Source: Marsupella aquatica
Taxonomy: Eukaryota > Plantae > Marchantiophyta
Length of the DNA stretch: 64,000 bases
Direction: 5' to 3'
Assembly (NCBI GenBank): GCA_973895155.1
Contig: OZ316899.1
Location: forward strand, 8,988,287-9,052,286
A model generated the notes under the pieces. The model searched no databases. It was not told the origin of the DNA and saw only the letters and a list, made by a program, of their open reading frames with translations. Positions 24,401 to 37,434 of this stretch are shown here, piece by piece (the stretch's first letter is position 1; each line of letters begins with the position of its first letter). Made by a program: the position numbers and the translations under genes.

Positions 24401-25601
24401 TCATTTTGCCTTGGGAACATGCTAGGCAGGGGCCTTTGAGTTGAGTGGGGTGGATGAAAGGTGGTATCCCTTCTGTGTCTCTCAGTATTTTCTGGAACAT
24501 GCTTGTGCCTAGGTGGCCTAGTCTCCTCTGCCATGTTTCGGTCAGTGTTCGTCCAGGGGTGTTAGTGTGATAACTGTATGCTCTGGTGATGTAGAATCCT
24601 AGGGGATAAGCCTCCATTGTTTCTTTTATCTCTGTGCCATTGGGTGTTCTGGCGGTGATGTATAGTACCTCGCCGGTTTTACTGATGCCTGTATGTATAT
24701 GCAGGTTGTTGGCTCTGATGTCTCTAAAGCTAAGGAGGTTCCGAGTAGCTTTAGGGGCAAATATTGCTGATGTGATTTCAATTGTAGTTCCTCTAGGGAG
24801 GATTATCGTGGCCGGGCCATGGCTCTCCTCGATTTGGTTTCTGCCCATAATTGTGGTGACTTTCCGCTCTGAGGGGGTTATCTCTTTGAAGTATTCCCTC
24901 TTTTTCAGGATTGAGTGGGTGGTACCACTGTCCACAATGCATGTGTTGGGGTCTTCTAATGTGAGGTGTGTGCCTTTGTGCTCGAGCATGTGCGTTTCTG
25001 GTTGGATTTCAGGGACATCCAGGAATGCTCCATAGGCCTCCGATTGTGGTGGTTGGAGGCTCTTCTTGTATAAGTCTACTAGGTGTATGGGGGCTCTACA
25101 ATTCTTTTGGATTCTGTAGCATGTGGGTGAGTACTCACTTCTTTCTTGTTGGTTTCCAGTCAGAGTACTGGGGTCTTGGGGCTGATCTATTGTTATTCCC
25201 CTTTTCCAGCTGCCTCTGGTACTTCCAAAACGGGGTCTATCACGGCCTCTGCTTCTGGATGTGGGCTCTCGACTGTTCCGATGGGGGAAGCTCCCCCTGC
25301 AGCCTCTAAAGGAGCCTCTCCCCCTGAATCTTCCGCTGCCCCTTGAGTTACTCTCTCGAAAGTTGTTGTAATATGTTTCTGTGTTTGGGCGAGGTTGTAT
25401 GGACAGGTGCCAGGGGGTCTCTGTTGGGTGTTCTGGAGTAGTAGGAGCTGGTGTTTTCTGCCAATAGCATGTGTGCTATTAGCTCAGAGTATTTGGTAAA
25501 TCTCATATTTCTACACTGAGTTGATAATACTAAGTTCGTGGAATGCAGGGTGGAAAGTGTTTTCTCAATTTGTTCTTCGTCGGTTACGGGTTGTCTGCAG
25601 A
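21420..25601 (-). pseudogene. Copia gag C-terminus, protease, integrase, RT and RNase H (stops/frameshifts)
   Basis: CIVDSGTTH, RLGHLG, QNGIVE, LYGLKQSGR, YVDD, GYADAGY, IKG..KHITPKFF. Confidence 0.93.
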
Positions 25602-25987
25602 TCCTGGGCCCCCAGTGTCATTAATAATGGACCGGACGTGCAAACGGCGGAAGGGTACAAAAAATCCAATTCTGAATTAATTTTTATAATTGAATTATAA
25701 GCAACAAGACCAACTTTTATACGACAATCTCTTTATAACTATTCCTGGGCATCCAAAATGCCGGCCAAAATAATTTGCTTGAAGGGGCCCAGGAATTTGG
25801 CACGCCACGTGTCACAATGAGATTGGTCCACGTGGCACACCCTGAGTTGAGTTAAGTTTAACCAATACTTGTGGTGAATAGGATAAGGAGTTATGAAATG
25901 TATTTTGGCTTTTGGGGTTTGAGGTGAAAGGTTTTTGGGGGGTACATTTATGGGGGGTTTTGGGTGTTTGCAGGGCAAAAGTTCAAG

Positions 25988-26226
25988 GGGAGTACTCAAT
26001 CCCCAAGGGAGTGAGTCAAAGGCCCGGGGCAGGGGAGTACTCAATCCCCAAGGGAATCAGTCAAAGGCCCGAGGCAGGGGCGGAGTACTCAATCCTCAAG
26101 GGAGTGAGTCAAAGGCCCGGGGCAGGGGAGTACTCAATCCCCAAGGGAATGAGTCGAAGGCCCGAGGCAGGGGTGGAGAACTCAATCCTGAAGGGAATGA
26201 GTTGAAGCGGGAGTTGAAGGCCCGAG
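25988..26226. repeat. Tandem 45/48-bp repeats, about 5 copies, near the left end of the P-like element
   Basis: Unit GGAGTACTCAATCCCCAAGGGAGTGAGTCAAAGGCCCGGGGCAGG; no unique spacers. Confidence 0.9.
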
Positions 26227-27599
26227 GTCAAAGCATCCAAGGGAGTGTCAAAGTCGGGGTCGAAGGGAATTAGGGCTCAACTTCGAGCCGCCGGATTTCA
26301 TGTAGTGCTGCCAAGTCGAGAGGTTTGGTTTAGGCTGAAGGAAGTGGAGGCTTGCAGGTTGGCGACGGACCTTGGATGAAGGAAGCTATGGGGCCTGCAT
26401 GAAATGCTGCGGTTGGAGGCCGGCGCTTGATGCTTGCAAAAGTGGCGTTAGATGCAAAGCGGGACATTGCAAGGCTGGGAGGCATGCACTGGCGGGACCG
26501 AATGCGGGAGGCACACCTTTTTCAGAGCTTTGTTTAGGGGTAACTTTCTTTACACTACCCACTGTTTATGTAGAATGATCATACTTTCCATTGTTTATGC
26601 TGCATGCATACACTTTATTAACTATGCAAGCACGAAACCTACTGCCAGCTATTGCCCGAGCTACCATTGATCAGCAAGAAGGGTGAGGCGCGGGCTGAGG
26701 TGTTGCTGTGGCTATTGTTGATCTGCGCTCAGTGTCATTTGTCTGCTGGTCGTCTGTCGAAAGCCCAGCGGGAAGCCCAGGCATCTGAAAGAGGTCCGAC
26801 ATATTTGCTTTTTGCATGCTAAGTAAACTTGTGCTCACTATCTTACTAGGCTTGCTACCTTACTCCGCATAGTATGAGATTCAAATATTTGGGTATGCAT
26901 TGCACTTCTCGCGCCACTTCCGACTATGGTCAACTCCTCTTGTTTTGAAATTGCGGCTCACAGTAGGGCTCAAATGTTCCGGGAAATGTTGCAGAAAATG
27001 TAAGGTGGCGTGCCTTGGGTGTTGTGGAGGCGGCATTGTCTATGTAAGGTCTAGTACCGTTGCTATTGGAGCGCAGCCCCGAGTGCAGCTGCAGACGGTG
27101 TCTCAAGCTATCCGTAGAGGCCCACAAATCCTAGCATGGTGCAATGCAAAAAGGTCTGAATCAGTGTCTTGCCTTTTCACCACCCTGCACACCCTCTGCT
27201 CATTGTCGTTGTCTATGAAATTTTAGTCTTTCATTGTATGCTGAAGCTGTACAAGCTTTTATGTTGAGTCTGGTCGTGGCGTTTTGGCAATCCCGTGTTA
27301 ATTGAATGTTGGCAGGGCCCGACTATGTTTGTTTCTGCTGCCGTTTGGAATATTTGAACACCAATGTGAGCTCCTCATAGGATCAAAACAAAGGTACGTA
27401 GGATTGGACCAAGGTTGAGGACGAAGAAGCAATTATCTCTTATCAGTTTGTTGGATAGTTACAGTGCTCTCTGCAATTTGCACATTGTCGTGCTCATTGT
27501 TGTCATCTTGTTAATGTGGGTGTAGGGCTTCCTGTGTAGGGATTCTTGTGGGCGCCAATGCTTGTGCAGTTCTGGAGTGTTGGTTTCCTTTAGCTAATA

Positions 27600-28790
27600 T
27601 TTTTTGTGATAGCAGAGTTTTTGTTTGGGTGAGCGCTATCCACCTCAAAAGACTGCAAGCGATTGCAGCCCGGGAGGTTTAGTTTTGGACTGTTGAAGAG
27701 CGTCAGCCCGAGCCTGAGTTTGCCAAGCTTGTCTACGGGAAGCGCTGCTGGCAGAGGGAATTGCAAGCAAACAGGTTATTTTCAAATATAATCGTTCTTC
27801 CTGGACATAGTGATTTTCAAATCTATTGGTATATCATTTGCTCTTGTTCAGAGTAGCGGAGCATGGTGAACTCCTATTTGTTGCTCCATCGCGGTTAAAT
27901 TTGTGCTTCAAATGTGTGCAGGAGCTGTTGCTCTTGCTGTCCCGGCATTTTACCTGTCAAATGTGCGGCCCCGTGTGCGACTAGTGCTGCAGAAGTCCCT
28001 ATGGAAGGTGTCTACCACGGGCTGGGTGGAAAGTGTCTACTTTTGGGTAGTTTGCCATTTTTCTTGGAAGGGAAGTGCCACAAACGTGCTTGGGCTGTGC
28101 TTGGACTAATTGGTTCTGCAGGTAATCCAACATCCTCTATCTCAGTTCTCCTCTGTGTTGATTGTACTAGTCTAGGAATAATTGTGTACTAAGGGGCAGA
28201 AATGTTGTTGTTTGATTGAAAAGAAGCTTATGAATCAGTTATTTGCTTATAATTCTCATTTTGGCTTGGTGCTTTGTGAATTTACTCTGACCATATGTCA
28301 TTTTGTACTGCCTCAGGTGTAAATCTTCAAGCTCTCTAGAAGGTTGACTGTATTTGTCACAGAAATGCCTAGGACACGCAGCCATCTTGGAGCAGACCTT
28401 GACGGCAGAGGAGAAAGATTTTGTCTCAAGCTTGTTTCCATGAGGTTGGTTCCTGCCAGTTCTACTGTGGTCTGGGAATATCTGATTGTACACAGGAACA
28501 CCTACAGTCGGCCAATATCTGAGGGCATTCATGTGTTGCCCAAAGGTATTTGCATTGTCCCACTTGTCAATGGCATGGCACAATTAGAGTATACTCTATA
28601 CTCTGGATGTATCCACAGCTGCAAGATGTCTTGTCCAAATTGTCTGGTACGCCTAGGCGATTTTTATAACCAGGCTGGTCAAAACAGAATCAGAAGGTGG
28701 GCGGCTTCTGTAATTTGGAATCATGATGAGCGGGTCTTAGGTCCAGGAGTTGAGACTGTTTGTCCCCGAGCAGAGGATCATTTAGTTTAG
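27600..28790 (+). pseudogene. Spliced Cys-rich cargo gene of unknown function
   Basis: Putative exons ~27600-27774, 27853-28121 (SRLNLCFKC...CQMCGPVCD*CC...CLGC) and 28318-28790 (EYLIVHRNTY...GCIHSCKMSCPNC...IWNH), bounded by GT/AG. Confidence 0.5.
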
Positions 28791-30555
28791 CGTCTACAAT
28801 ATCAAATGTGATTTCATGGCATTTTGAATTTGACTGTGAAATGTGCCTGAATGGCACCAGGAGACGTACGTAAGAAACTATGTACAATTGGATAATTAAC
28901 ACAACTGAAGCCTAACACACCCTAAAGTATTCTACAAAATCTGCCTTAAAGCCTTGGACCCCTCTATTATCCCTCTAATTTTGCAAGGAGTATTTTTCCC
29001 AAGCCCATGCATTCCTTCAACATGATTGTCTATGAATGGAGTTGTTGTCGCAAATGATCTCTTTTGGCCTCCAGCTGAATTCTGACCTGGTCCACAAAAT
29101 CAATGTTCAAATTTATTTTGAACATCCCTGGGGGCATCCTAGTTGTGTCCTAGCCAATCTCTTTGCCAATCTATCTCGGATTTACAGATTGACCTGAAGT
29201 TTTTTCGCTAATTCAAACCTTTGCAATGGGTTGCATTATTCAAATAACCATATTCACCCATTGAAATATCCTAAACAGATTGCAATATTACAAAAACCAC
29301 TTCATTTGTTCACTGAACAGTATTGCGTAACTTTATTTGATCACAAAATTTAGTAATTTGCTCAATAGGTGATTACTGAAATGTGGGCTGAAATGGTAAC
29401 AATTTCAATTGCCCATGCTAATTGTGTTGCATTACTAATAAGACAAATTTGAATTGCTATTCACTTAATGCCTTCTCTTTGCTTCTCACTTTTTATAGGA
29501 GGGAGTGATCATTGCGATAGTATTCTGCCCCTACGCCCCACCTCCAGAAGCATACTCAGTGTGTGGGATGCTGTAAGGTAAGATTTGGGGGATCATTGAT
29601 GTGACGGTATATGGCAATACCTTCCTTTTCCTGGCATTACCCTTCTAAATAGTCCCACTGCAAACTATTTTTAAAGATATTCCTTCAACTCAATTTTTGT
29701 TGTCATTTATGCAGATACTCATACACCTCTAAAGTCAGGAAGGACAGATGCCCCCAAGTGTTGGGTTCCACCATCACAAGGTATCCAATCAATTTTGAAT
29801 TTTGTACTATTTCCTTCTGGATTACTGTATCTATAATGTTTCCACAGACGCTAACTGACAGGCATTGTGTGTTGCTGAGGTAAGTTTGCAAGTTTTTTTT
29901 TTCTAGGTCCTTTTTGCAATTTCCTTTCCTGCTATTGCAAGTGTTGGTTTGCAGGTTCCTCAAGTTCAATGGGACCCCGGGGAACTAATGCCCCCGGAGG
30001 AGACTTGCTGGAAGTGATGACCCAGCAGTCTAGCGCCCCTTGAATGAGAGAGCAGGTTGCCTAGGAGGGGGGGCCTTGGAGTTGATCGCCAATGGCATTC
30101 CTGATTAGAGCCCAAAGTGTTGGGTTTGGTTGGTCCGGGATTGTCAAGGAATCCAATTTCTTGGGGCACTTAGGGTCAATAGGGACTGAGTCCAAGTCCA
30201 CTGTGCTTGAGTGGAGGGAATTGGAGTGTGGGAAACCCAACTGTACATGCCAAGCACACATGAGCATGTTACAGATCCCAATCCCTCCAGTGCTTACATT
30301 GACATTGGAATCCTTGTCAGCAAAGGGTCCACCCTTCCCACCCAAGATTTCTCGGAGAAAACTGACTTGGATCTGTAGAAGCCAATCACCAAGAGCAATG
30401 GCCGGGATGGGGCAAGGCTCTCTTGGGGGTTGGTCCAATGGATGTGGTCTCCCAAGCAGTGGGCTGCTGTAGGTGTTCTGTACTAGGGTATTTGATTGGG
30501 GAGGTCACAATTTAGATTTAATAACTCACTACATTCTGCCTGGTTTTAACAGGCA

Positions 30556-31311
30556 ATGTTGGAGATTTATCCATACCTGAAGTGGATACTACCCGAGCCT
30601 GATTATGGCAGAGGGGATCTTCTGTTACACTTGAAGAGGTTGAATTCAAAATTAACTATGCATATTGCAGGGCTGCTCTGCAGAGAATATTACCTGAATG
30701 TGCACCATTTCTTCGTGGATCAAGGTGATAGAATGATTTACATCAGATGGGACAAATATGTCAAGTACAATAGAAATGTTATATTTCTCCTCATCAAATC
30801 CGGTGCAGTGAAGACCTTCATTCTTCATTGTTGTCATGTGGTGAAGGGGCTTCTGTTGTATGAAGCAAACTTCTACAAGGAAAATAGAAAGGAATGTTTT
30901 GATGAAATCCAGGACGTCATTGATGGTCTGGAAAATCCTCTGGCCACAGAGTTTTTGGTTGACGTAGGTGGGAAACTGTATCCCTACCAAAATAGACAAC
31001 TCCCTCCTTGACCTCTCTGTACATATTCAAGAACGGTAAATGTCTGTGGTCTACCGACTGCTAAAATGGCAGATGGAAGCTTCTGTGGATGTTGCATGTT
31101 AGCCTGTTGTGACATTCCATCACGCAGGGTTTCAGTGGCAGTGGTTCATCCTGACTTGAACCAAGTGGAATTCCATTGGTTGTGGGCTTATCCCCACACC
31201 GTGAAGACTATTCCACATTGGCCAAAATTAAATGTTTGGAGAGAACAACCACATTGGGGAGGTTGGGGTAGTGATAGTGATGAGGAGACTGACAGACATA
31301 GGCGATTTTGA
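30556..31311 (+). pseudogene. Unknown ~250-aa cargo ORF with one internal stop
   Basis: ORFs 30556-31011 and 31066-31311 share a frame and are separated by a single TGA; preceded by the acceptor TTTTAACAG. Confidence 0.5.
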
Positions 31312-31592
31312 ACCTCAGTACTTGATTTTGAAGCGTTACTCATTTCCAAGAGTTAGTGCACCACCCGGATTATTTTTTGTAGTTCTATTGTATATACTTG
31401 GATCAATCTGAAACTTTTGAGATAGTTTTTGCAATCTCAAGAAATGGACTGTAAAGTTTATAGACTTCTATATCAGAATGGTGGTTCTTTTGGTAGTGTT
31501 GATTGTGTAATTGACATGTGTATATTGTGGGGAAATGCTTGAATGTGACATGTCCAATGTATTGCTTGCAGGTCTGAATCTGTGATTTTTTC

Positions 31593-34500
31593 ATGCCACC
31601 TGTGCCTGTATTTCTCGTTGACCATGAGTCAGGGACCAAAAAACACTCTGGGACCATTAGTTGTCTCCCTGGATGGACCTTGGCGGATGCTAGGCAGAAA
31701 ATGGTGGATTTGGAACTTTGGGACTTTGATTTTGATTTTATTGATAGCATGGGAGGTTGTAGATTGCGTGCTGCTTGGGAAAAAGGCAACCTCATTGATG
31801 ATTGTGATGGAAAGATTGTCATCATCCCCAAAATACAGTCTGTGCCCATCCAAAAAGTGGGGGTTGATGTTGGAAGCAGCAATGCCTCCAATGCTGAGGC
31901 TCTGAGTAAGAGTGTTAGTGACGGAGAGTGGCACACTGAAGTTAGGGTAGAGCCTGAGATACAGTGGGAACAACAGGACTTGTCTCTGCCTGTTTCGCCC
32001 CCAACTTCAGCTCTCCCTAATGACCATTTGCATGTAACTATGGATGATGATCCACATGTGAGTTTCCAGTCAACAACTATGTCAAATGATCTGGCCAAGC
32101 TCTGGGTGTCCAGTGTTGACAAGCTGAAGGAGCATATGGTCTTCATAAAGTGTGAGGACCACAAGTGGAGCGTCAAAACTTGGGACAGTGGTGGTGTTCC
32201 ATGTGGTAAGATAGAGTGTTGCGAGTGCAACACTAATATATCTGGATCGTCTAAGTATGTTATGGATAGGGTGTCTGTCCCTAATTGTTTCACAAATTTC
32301 AAACAGAAGCATTTGATCACCCCAAAGCATGCCAAAAATGTGGCACATAATAGTGGGCAGAGAGTAGACTCTGCTGAGATCAGTCGAAGGGCTGCAGCTT
32401 CCTCCTTGAATGATCGTGCAACTCTTGACATGCACGTTCAGATTGTTGAAAGGCTCAATGAATTTGAGCCTGTGTCCAAACCTACCTTCTACATTATAGG
32501 TGATGTTCAAAAGGAGCCTGTGGAGAAGTTAGAGCGGTTCAAAGTGGGGTGCCATTTTTGCTCCGACGTGTTCACTTTGGTACCCAAGCAACGTAATCTA
32601 GAGGTTAATCTGAAATCCCATTGCATCTCTGCAAATCATCTATCAGCAGTGGCTAGGAGTTTGAAGCCACCACCTGGTGCACCAGTACTGTCAAGAAGGT
32701 CAGGCAGACCTCCTAAGGATGATAAGAGGGATGTTTGCCAAAGAACCATTAATGGGTTCTTAACCCGGCAGGCCAGAGATATTGCTTCCAGCAGCCGGTC
32801 AGGAGGGACAGCTGGAGGGAGTGGTTCAGGAGGGAGTGGTTACAATGGAGGTTCAGGCCATTCAGGGGATTTGACAGGAGATCCAGGTAAACCCCACCCT
32901 TGGTCATTGTTGTGTTGGGGATTGTGGCGGAACTCAGTTCAATATGGTGCAATAATCAGGCCTATCAAGGATATCCTATTAGATCAGCCAAAGGTTGACG
33001 GAGCATGGTACGCAGAGCCAGGGGTAAAGGCAGAGGTGTGGTGTCTTCTAGGCCAAGAATCTTGTTTGATAGAAGGACTGTTCAGGCATGTGAATTGTAG
33101 TAGAGCATCACAGCTTCTTGGTGGTTTCCAGGATCTGACTTGTGAAGAATGTTACAATATTGCAAGGATGGGTGACTTCTAGTTAAGAGCCTTTAGAGAG
33201 GACATTGCAGTAGAGAAAAGAGGTACTCAAGGAACCGGTAAGGGTAGATGGTTGGCATATCTCACAATTCCTGAGATTCAAGAAGAAGCCAAAACTTACA
33301 AGAGAAACATTTTGTCTCTCAGAAAACGTCTCAGAGCTCAGCAGCACCGCCTGTGCATGCTGGGGACTCGAGTCCCCACTTTGAGAGATCTTTGCAAAGA
33401 GTCTGGAAGTAGGAAAGACCTGTACAAGTTCTACAATGACATAGTCTTGGCTCACCAACGTGGTGCATTTGGTGGGAGAGAGGCCCTATGGGACTTGTTG
33501 CGAGATGTAGCTGCAAATCTTAATAGGAAGAAAGAAGGAAACACCTTTCAGCCCGATACTAAACTTCTTTCCCAGATATTGTTCTAGCACGATGGCAGGC
33601 GTGTGGTGGACTGCTTGCAAAGTAATGCATTAGGCCCTAGCCTGAACACCCTTCAACGGGACAGGAGAGCCATGGCTGTATTTAGGCCTGGTTTGCATGC
33701 TGACCAGTTCAAGTTTGTTGCCGTTGTATACTCTCAGCTAAAGCAGAGGATGGGGATCACAGGTCCCGTGCCATGCTATTTGGCAGAAGATGAGACCTGT
33801 CTTAAGCGGACAGTCAGGTGATTTCATTTCCCTGACAACCTCCTACAGTAGCAAATTTTTGTCTATTATCCCTCTCCTCAAGAGGTCTGTGGCTGACCAC
33901 TACTGTGGATGGCTGTGTTGCAGATGGCAACCAAAACATGACACATTATTGGGGTTTTGTGGGTTGAAAGAGGATCACCAGTGTGTGATTGGCTTGACAA
34001 TAAAGGTTGGAGCAGGAGAGGAGGGTTTCAGCAAAATCACTGATACCTTTGAGAATTACAAAATTGGAAACCAGGCCAGATGCATAGTAGTAAATCCTCT
34101 TGTAGAAAGATTTCCTAAGTTTTGCATGGTAGCCATGAGTACATGCGGTAAGTTTACTACAGATTTTGTCAGTCAGCAATGGAAGTCCACAGACACTATG
34201 TGGGCTAAATATTGTCTAGACTCAGTTGGTCCTCTCTTGGGTCATGCCAGTGATGGAGATGCACGAAGGAGGAAGCTCATGCTAGAAGACTACACTGGTC
34301 AAAGCTCATATCAAGGGCAAAGACAAAATCTGAGATGGGAAGGTTGGCTATTGAGCCACTCATTCACTACCAATGGATGTCATACACATGCTGTTGGGTT
34401 ACATGATCAGGATTACATTCATAATGGAAAGAAGTTAATAAACCCACTTGATTCTGCTGCTAGAACTTTGAAGCTGGGAACAGAGGTGGCTGGAATTTGT

Positions 34501-36340
34501 AACTTGGACACTCTCCAACGTTTATATAGCAACTTGGATGATGGGTTGAACAAAGGTGACGTTACACGGAATGATAGACAGAATTGGGCTAGTGCACAAC
34601 GACTATGTAGTAGGAAAGTTGTGAAGGCACTAAGAATGCTTCGTGAAAGGAAAGATGCAAGAGTTGAGCAAACTCTGGGGACTGAGATGTATCTCACAAT
34701 ATGTGGTGATTACTTGGATATCTTTATGAATCTGTCTCACCTTGAGAGAACGGGTTGTGCTCTGTGGCAAAGTTAGTTTCTTTTTCCGCCTTTGGCGATT
34801 ATGGTGTTTTCATGGAAATCATAGTGTTGGGGGTAACACAACAACAATCAATTTTACTGTGAGTTGTGTCCCTATGCAGACATTTCTTGATATTCAGATG
34901 TCTGTGCATTTTGTGGTACTTCTAATTATCCAATTCAGGGATAATTTTTGACATTTGCCAAATGTGCCATTGCATTTGACAGGATCTGATGCTTGTGAAC
35001 AGTTTTTCTCCAAAGTAGGAGGAATGAAAGGGAATGAGCGCAGCTATGATTTCTCTGAGTTGATTGACTGTGCAACATCTTTGAATAGGTTGGCTGCAAT
35101 GGATCTCAGCAAAGGGATTAGAGGGGCTGGGAAAAGTCACAAGAAGCATTGCAATATTTGGATGAAACTTCATCTAGTACCAGTACAAGTTAGTACTTCT
35201 GTTAATCCTGTAGACTATACAAGTGTTGAAACTAATGAAAAAATTGTGGTAGACTTGAAAGAAGGGTTAGTTTTAGCCCAGACTGTAGGAATCGAGCTAC
35301 AAATGAATCCATCTACATCTTGTAGGGATAAAGTATGGTGGGACTCACCTTGGGTTACTGAAAAGAAAGGGTCCAAGTTTGGAGGATGGTGTGATGTTGA
35401 AGTGGAGGATCTTGCTCCTGTTGATAGTGATGATGAAGAATCAGGTAGGGAGGTCAGGCAAGCTCCAGCTAATGTAACCATCCCCACACTTCCAACCGAT
35501 ACTGAAATCCCAACAGATATTGCAATGGCAGAAGGTAGTGAAATCATTGAAGATAGTGACAGGCCAAGCATTGCAATAGTAGGAGATCATTGTTCAGCTG
35601 TTATGTCTGAAATGCATTCAGACTTGGTGTATGGACAACCTGTTCTTGACATTAGACCAACTGTGAGTTTTGATGGTCGAACAATGTATAAGAGCACATT
35701 GGTGAGCCAACTAGTTGGCAACCCCAATGTAAGTAAGGATCGTTTGACTAGAGTGAAACAGAGCTTGTACTTCAACAATTTAGTTGATGCACCCAAAGAT
35801 CGAGCAGGAGCAGTCACCATGTTCATGACTGTGGGTAGTGATTGTGGAGTTCTCTTTGCTGATACAACAATACAGACTCGGGGCACAAGAGCCACTGAGG
35901 CTATACAAAAAGCTATGAAAGGGAAAAGAGCAAGGAAGGAACGTGGGACAAGTGGATCTTCTGCCCCCAATCCAAAAAGGCCAAGGGGAGAATCTGTGAA
36001 TGTTACCATAGTCCCTGATGGCCTTAAGTACACTTGGGGGATAGGGAGGGTACAGTGCATCCAACGAAAGTATCAGGGTCGGGTGATGGGTAGAACAAGA
36101 CAATCAGTGGATTTACTTGATAGGCCTGGCGATGAAGAAGCTGTAAGAGTTCGTTTTGAATGGTTTTCAAGGATTGGAAATAGTAAGCACAAATTTGCTT
36201 ACATTGTGATCCTCAATGGATTGATTTGGACTGTGTCATATCAAACGTGACACTATCAGTGAATCCCACAACTCCAAATGTTTTTCATTTGCATCCCTGT
36301 GATGCAAATCTGCTGGATGATTTTGCTAAAGCACATAAGT
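31593..36340 (+). pseudogene. P-element-superfamily-like DDE transposase, intron 33818-33923
   Basis: HTH-like GPSLNTLQR; candidate catalytic AEDET, HASDGD, DYIHNGKKLIN (DxxH), DRQN and GSDACEQFFS. Splicing restores KRTVR|WQPK. Stops at 33180, 33585, 34949 and a frameshift at ~34740. Confidence 0.8.
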
Positions 36341-37147
36341 GATTGGTACGACAGAGATGTAGACAGAGATGGTGAAGTTATGAGAATTCAACCATACAGG
36401 GTGACAAGATTTTCTTGCAGGCAAGTACTTCATATTCTATTTGTTTTTGTGAACAATTTGATATCCCATTTGATATGAAATACAATAGAACATGTGTTCA
36501 TTAGGTTTACATTTTTCAAATAGGAGTTTAGTTGGACAGCTAAATCATTACTTTTCTGATGTAAATTTTTGGATTGTGTTCACTCAGGATCACTTGAAGA
36601 TGAAAGACAACAGGAGGATTCTCTTAGTTGAAATAGGAGTTCTGTAAACATTGAACTGACATGCGTGCAGCATAATGTTTTCTATAGATAGGTACGTTTG
36701 TAAGAGAGTAGTTGTGCAACCATATATGCTCTTATAGTTGAACAATAGGTACATTTGCAAGCACTATCACATGTGCTAAAACAGAGAGACTACACTATTA
36801 CATGTGCTAAAATATAGTGAATCTTCTAGTTAATCTAATTATGTTACTCCATTTAAATAGTCTCTATCTATAATTACCTATTATTTAATGGTATATTTTT
36901 CAGCACTTTTGTATTTACGCAAAAATTTATAAAATTTCAAGACCTTTATAAATGTGACTAATTGTCTATTTATAATTCTGGCAAGGGGCAAATAAATTCT
37001 CTGAAATTAACTTTTTAAGAATAACAAGAGTTATTTTTATGGGTGTCCGAAAATAATAAGGGGTATATGTTAAGGGGTTGTATGCATGTATACCCCTTAA
37101 CTATACAAAGGCTGGGGGCCCAGGGTCTGCAGATGGCCAGTTGGGCC

Positions 37148-37434
37148 CTCGGGGGGTTAACTAAGTGTATATTTTGGGGTACCATGTGCGATCATAGCCT
37201 AATATAAATAGACCTATTTTATAAAGAAAATATTCCAAGAATATTCTCCATTTTCAATATTAATAACCTATTTTACTTTATAAAAAGTATATATTATAAA
37301 ATATTCTATAAACATGAGTTTATAATACCTTCTTTTGCCTCCTACGCTTTAAAAAAATTTAGTTAATTTCTATCAAAATTACCTATTTTGGATCGCACGT
37401 GGTTCCTAAGATTTTTGATAGTCAACCCCCCGAG
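37148..37434. mobile_element. 287-bp MITE with an 8-bp TSD
   Basis: TIR CTCGGGGGGTT(A/G)ACTA; TSD GTTGGGCC (37140-47, 37435-42); AT-rich interior. Confidence 0.9.

Larger units (their letters stand above)
25602..37125 (+). mobile_element. 11.5-kb TIR DNA transposon with a P-element-like transposase and cargo ORFs
   Basis: TIRs (T)CCTGGGCCCCCAG and CTGGGGGCCCAGGG; 8-bp TSD TCTGCAGA (25594-601, 37126-33). Removing this element and the adjacent MITE restores copia gag ...FRIVAQLAICRQPVTDEEQIEKTLST. Confidence 0.92.

Noticed and set aside
25593-25602. 10-bp TSD (GTCTGCAGAT) reading, which would suggest a MULE
   Set aside because: The relative at 47272-49845 has an unambiguous 8-bp TSD and CCC start; a single C>T at 25602 explains the ambiguity.
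25988-26226. CRISPR-like array
   Set aside because: Units are contiguous with no unique spacers, there are no cas genes, and the context is eukaryotic.
31403-32431. 342-aa minus-strand ORF
   Set aside because: Antisense shadow of the transposase N-terminal exon with no recognisable motifs.
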